Of a stretch of DNA of 64,000 bases, positions 61,827 through 64,000 are shown one piece after another; position 1 is the first letter of the stretch, and each line of letters begins with the position of its first letter. The notes below the pieces were generated by a model. The model searched no databases. It saw only the letters and a list, made by a program, of their open reading frames with translations, and was not told where the DNA came from. The translations under genes and the position numbers were made by a program. The stretch is from an uncultured Chloroflexia bacterium (GTDB lineage Bacteria > Chloroflexota > Chloroflexia > QHBQ01 > JADMIH01): assembly GCA_963797095.1 (NCBI GenBank), contig CAWCNY010000001.1, forward strand, positions 160,001 to 224,000. Reading direction: 5' to 3'.

Positions 61827-62584
61827 CCAGCTGGCAGTTGCCTTTGCTAGTCGAGGGGGCGCGCGGCTTGGGATTTGAGTTGAGCGAGAGACAGATAGGG
61901 CAATTTCGGCTCTATTTTGAGATGCTGGTCGATTGGAACAGTAGAATGAACCTGACGGCGATTACCGACATTGAAGGGGTGCAGGTGCGGCATTTCGTGG
62001 ACAGCCTGACGGTGGGCGCTGCCCTGGTTGGCGAATTGAGGGGCGTGCCGCCGGGCGGTTTCAGGCTGGCCGATACCGGTACGGGGGCGGGGTTTCCGGG
62101 GGTTCCATTGAAGATAGTATGGCCGCAGGTGAGGCTCACGCTGGCCAATTCGGTGGGGAAGAAGACCACCTTTCTCACGGAGCTTTGCAAGGGGTTGGGA
62201 TTGGAAGGGGTGGAGGTAAATACTACACGGGCTGAAGAGATGGGGCAGGATCGTAAGCACCGGGAGCGGTATGATGCTGTGACGGCGCGTGCGGTGGCTT
62301 CGCTGCCGGTGCTGTGCGAGTATTGCCTGCCGCTGGTGAAAGTAGGCGGCTACTTTTTCGCGCCCAAGAAGGGCGACATATCCCAGGAGATTAAGAAAGG
62401 TGGGAAAGCAAGTCTATTACTGGGCGGTGATGGGCCTAGATTACGGCACTTTAGACTGCCTGGAGAAGATGAGGAGAGGTCCGTTATTGTAATTAAGAAG
62501 GTGAGGGGCACGCCACCGGGGTATCCCCGCAGGGTAGGGTTGGCGAAGTCACAGCCATTGGGGGCAAAGCAAAAAGATGACTAA
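61823..62584 (+). CDS. rsmG: 16S rRNA m7G527 methyltransferase
   Basis: WN..MNLTAI, RHFVDSL, GTGAGFPG, RAEE, ARAVA, YPRRVG. Confidence 0.93.
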   Translation: MTSWQLPLLVEGARGLGFELSERQIGQFRLYFEMLVDWNSRMNLTAITDIEGVQVRHFVDSLTVGAALVGELRGVPPGGFRLADTGTGAGFPGVPLKIVWPQVRLTLANSVGKKTTFLTELCKGLGLEGVEVNTTRAEEMGQDRKHRERYDAVTARAVASLPVLCEYCLPLVKVGGYFFAPKKGDISQEIKKGGKASLLLGGDGPRLRHFRLPGEDEERSVIVIKKVRGTPPGYPRRVGLAKSQPLGAKQKDD

Positions 62585-63502
62585 ACGACCTGACAACCTG
62601 ACGATGGCGGTTTTCGCGTGCGTGATATTGATCGGCGGTGGGAACGCGGTAGGAATCCGGCTGAGCAATCGCGAGCTTGCTCCGCTGTGGGGCGGCAGCC
62701 TGCGTTTTGTGCTGGCTTCGGCGATCTTTTTTGTGTTGATAGCGGCCCTGCGCCTGTCTCTGCCGAGGGGTAAGGCGCTGTTGGGGATGCTGATATACGG
62801 ATTGGTGGGTGGAACGTTGGTTTCGGGCTGGTTTATTTCGGGTTGAAAGATGTAAGCGCAGGGACCGGACAGGTTCTCCTGGCGTTATCACCCCTTTTTA
62901 CGTTTTTCCTTGCGCAATTGCAGGGACAGGAGCATTTCAGGTGGCGCGGGCTGGTGGGGGCAGTGCTGGCGGTGGTGGGCATCGCGTTCGGGTTCTGGGA
63001 ACAGTTGAGCGCGAACGTGCCGCTGTTGTCGTTGCTGGCGCTTGTGGGTGCAGCTGCATGTTTCGCCGAAGCGGGCGTGCTGGGGAAGATGATCCCAGGC
63101 GTTCACCCGGTTACGACCAATGCGCTTGCGCTTGGGATTGGTGGGGTGGGGCTTTTCGTGCTATCGGTGGTTGTGGGAGAGAAGCATGAGTTGCCGTCTT
63201 TGGCGGTGACGTGGGGTGCGCTGGCCTACCTGGTTGGGGCCGGTAGTGTGCTGCTTTTTGGTGGTTACATATTCGTGCTGAGGCGATGGACTGCGTCGGC
63301 CACATCGTATCAGAACGTGCTATTTCCGTTTGTGACGGTGGTGCTGGCGGCGCTGTTGCTTGGTGAGCCGGTGACCTGGCCGCTGGTGGTCGGTGGGTTG
63401 CTTGTGCTGGCAGGGGTCATGGTGGGAACTTCGAGCGGCGAACGGAAGGTGGGTGAGAACAAGCGACCGGTGATGGCGACAGAAGGCGCCAGTGACGAGT
63501 AG
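62577..63502 (+). pseudogene. EamA/DMT transporter with 1-bp frameshift near 62818 (or sequencing error)
   Basis: Two ORFs join (GGT-FGFGLVYFGLKDVSAG) by adding one base; span 926 bp. Confidence 0.8.
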
Positions 63503-63507
63503 AAGAG

Positions 63508-64000
63508 CTATTTGAGCAGAGGGCTTGTGCCTCCCCAGTGGTTGGCGAAGTGGTCGTAGAAGAGGAAGTTCTGGGCGTAGCCTGCCAGGTCGCCGAAGCG
63601 GTCGCGGAAGGCCCCGGCTACAGTTCGATAGGCGGTGTCGGTGATGGTGCGGCGGTCGGCCCAGTTGGGGAAGTAGAGGTCTTTTGCCAGCTGCCAGACA
63701 TGGGTATCGACTGGCACGGCTTCGGTCTTGTCGAGGGAGAACAGGCAAACGCAATCTGCAATTTTGGCTCCTATGCCGTTGAGGGCTACGAGTGCGGCGT
63801 GGGCTTGGGGGTAGGGAAGGTCGCGCAGGTGAGAGGCCCAACCGGGACCGCGCTCGGCTATCTGGCGGGCGACTTTTACGACGTTGCGTCCACGGAAGCC
63901 TAGCGATGATACGGCGGTGAGGTGGTCGGGGTCTACTTCGGCGAGGGTAGTGGCAGGAGGGAAGGCGTGGTAGGTCTCGCCTTCAAGCTCGGCGAGAGGT
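63508..64000 (-). CDS. 8-oxoguanine DNA glycosylase (OGG, HhH-GPD), partial at window edge
   Basis: YHAFP, LGFRG, GIGAKIADCVCLF, VPVDTHVW, AGYAQNFLF. Confidence 0.9.
   Translation of the reverse strand, partial: PLAELEGETYHAFPPATTLAEVDPDHLTAVSSLGFRGRNVVKVARQIAERGPGWASHLRDLPYPQAHAALVALNGIGAKIADCVCLFSLDKTEAVPVDTHVWQLAKDLYFPNWADRRTITDTAYRTVAGAFRDRFGDLAGYAQNFLFYDHFANHWGGTSPLLK

Overview
GC-rich bacterial chromosome segment; gene repertoire and lipoprotein/cohesin-like sequence suggest Chloroflexota (inference). It has two compositional regimes. About 1-30.7 kb and about 35-41.3 kb are an unskewed, decaying accessory mosaic. This part holds: a CorC/HlyC gene; an ArsB/NhaD transporter operon with two structured leaders; a TreT-like glycosyltransferase fused to a YHS domain; a LacI-controlled xyloside locus (xylA with an internal amber stop, ABC importer, GH31 yicI, a decapitated CBM6/Ig protein cut by an integrase remnant); an osmoprotectant ABC importer; a degenerate group II intron; a COG2403/ArcE-like protein; a candidate orphan IS605/TnpB right end; and a MerR(AdhR/NmlR-like)-AKR-cupin-YcaQ run. 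The rest (glcDEF, Pat-type acetyltransferase, rpiA, two-component systems, CPA2 antiporter, opp permeases, dxs, fni, rsmG, OGG) looks like core chromosome, with very strong + strand G>C skew and dispersed 7-bp tandem repeats. No CRISPR array, rRNA or tRNA was seen. The best leads are non-coding: candidate cation-sensing leader RNAs before the NhaD-family gene, a G-quadruplex leader and long junction hairpins in the xylose locus, and the orphan omegaRNA-like end. All calls were made by eye; no database search was run.
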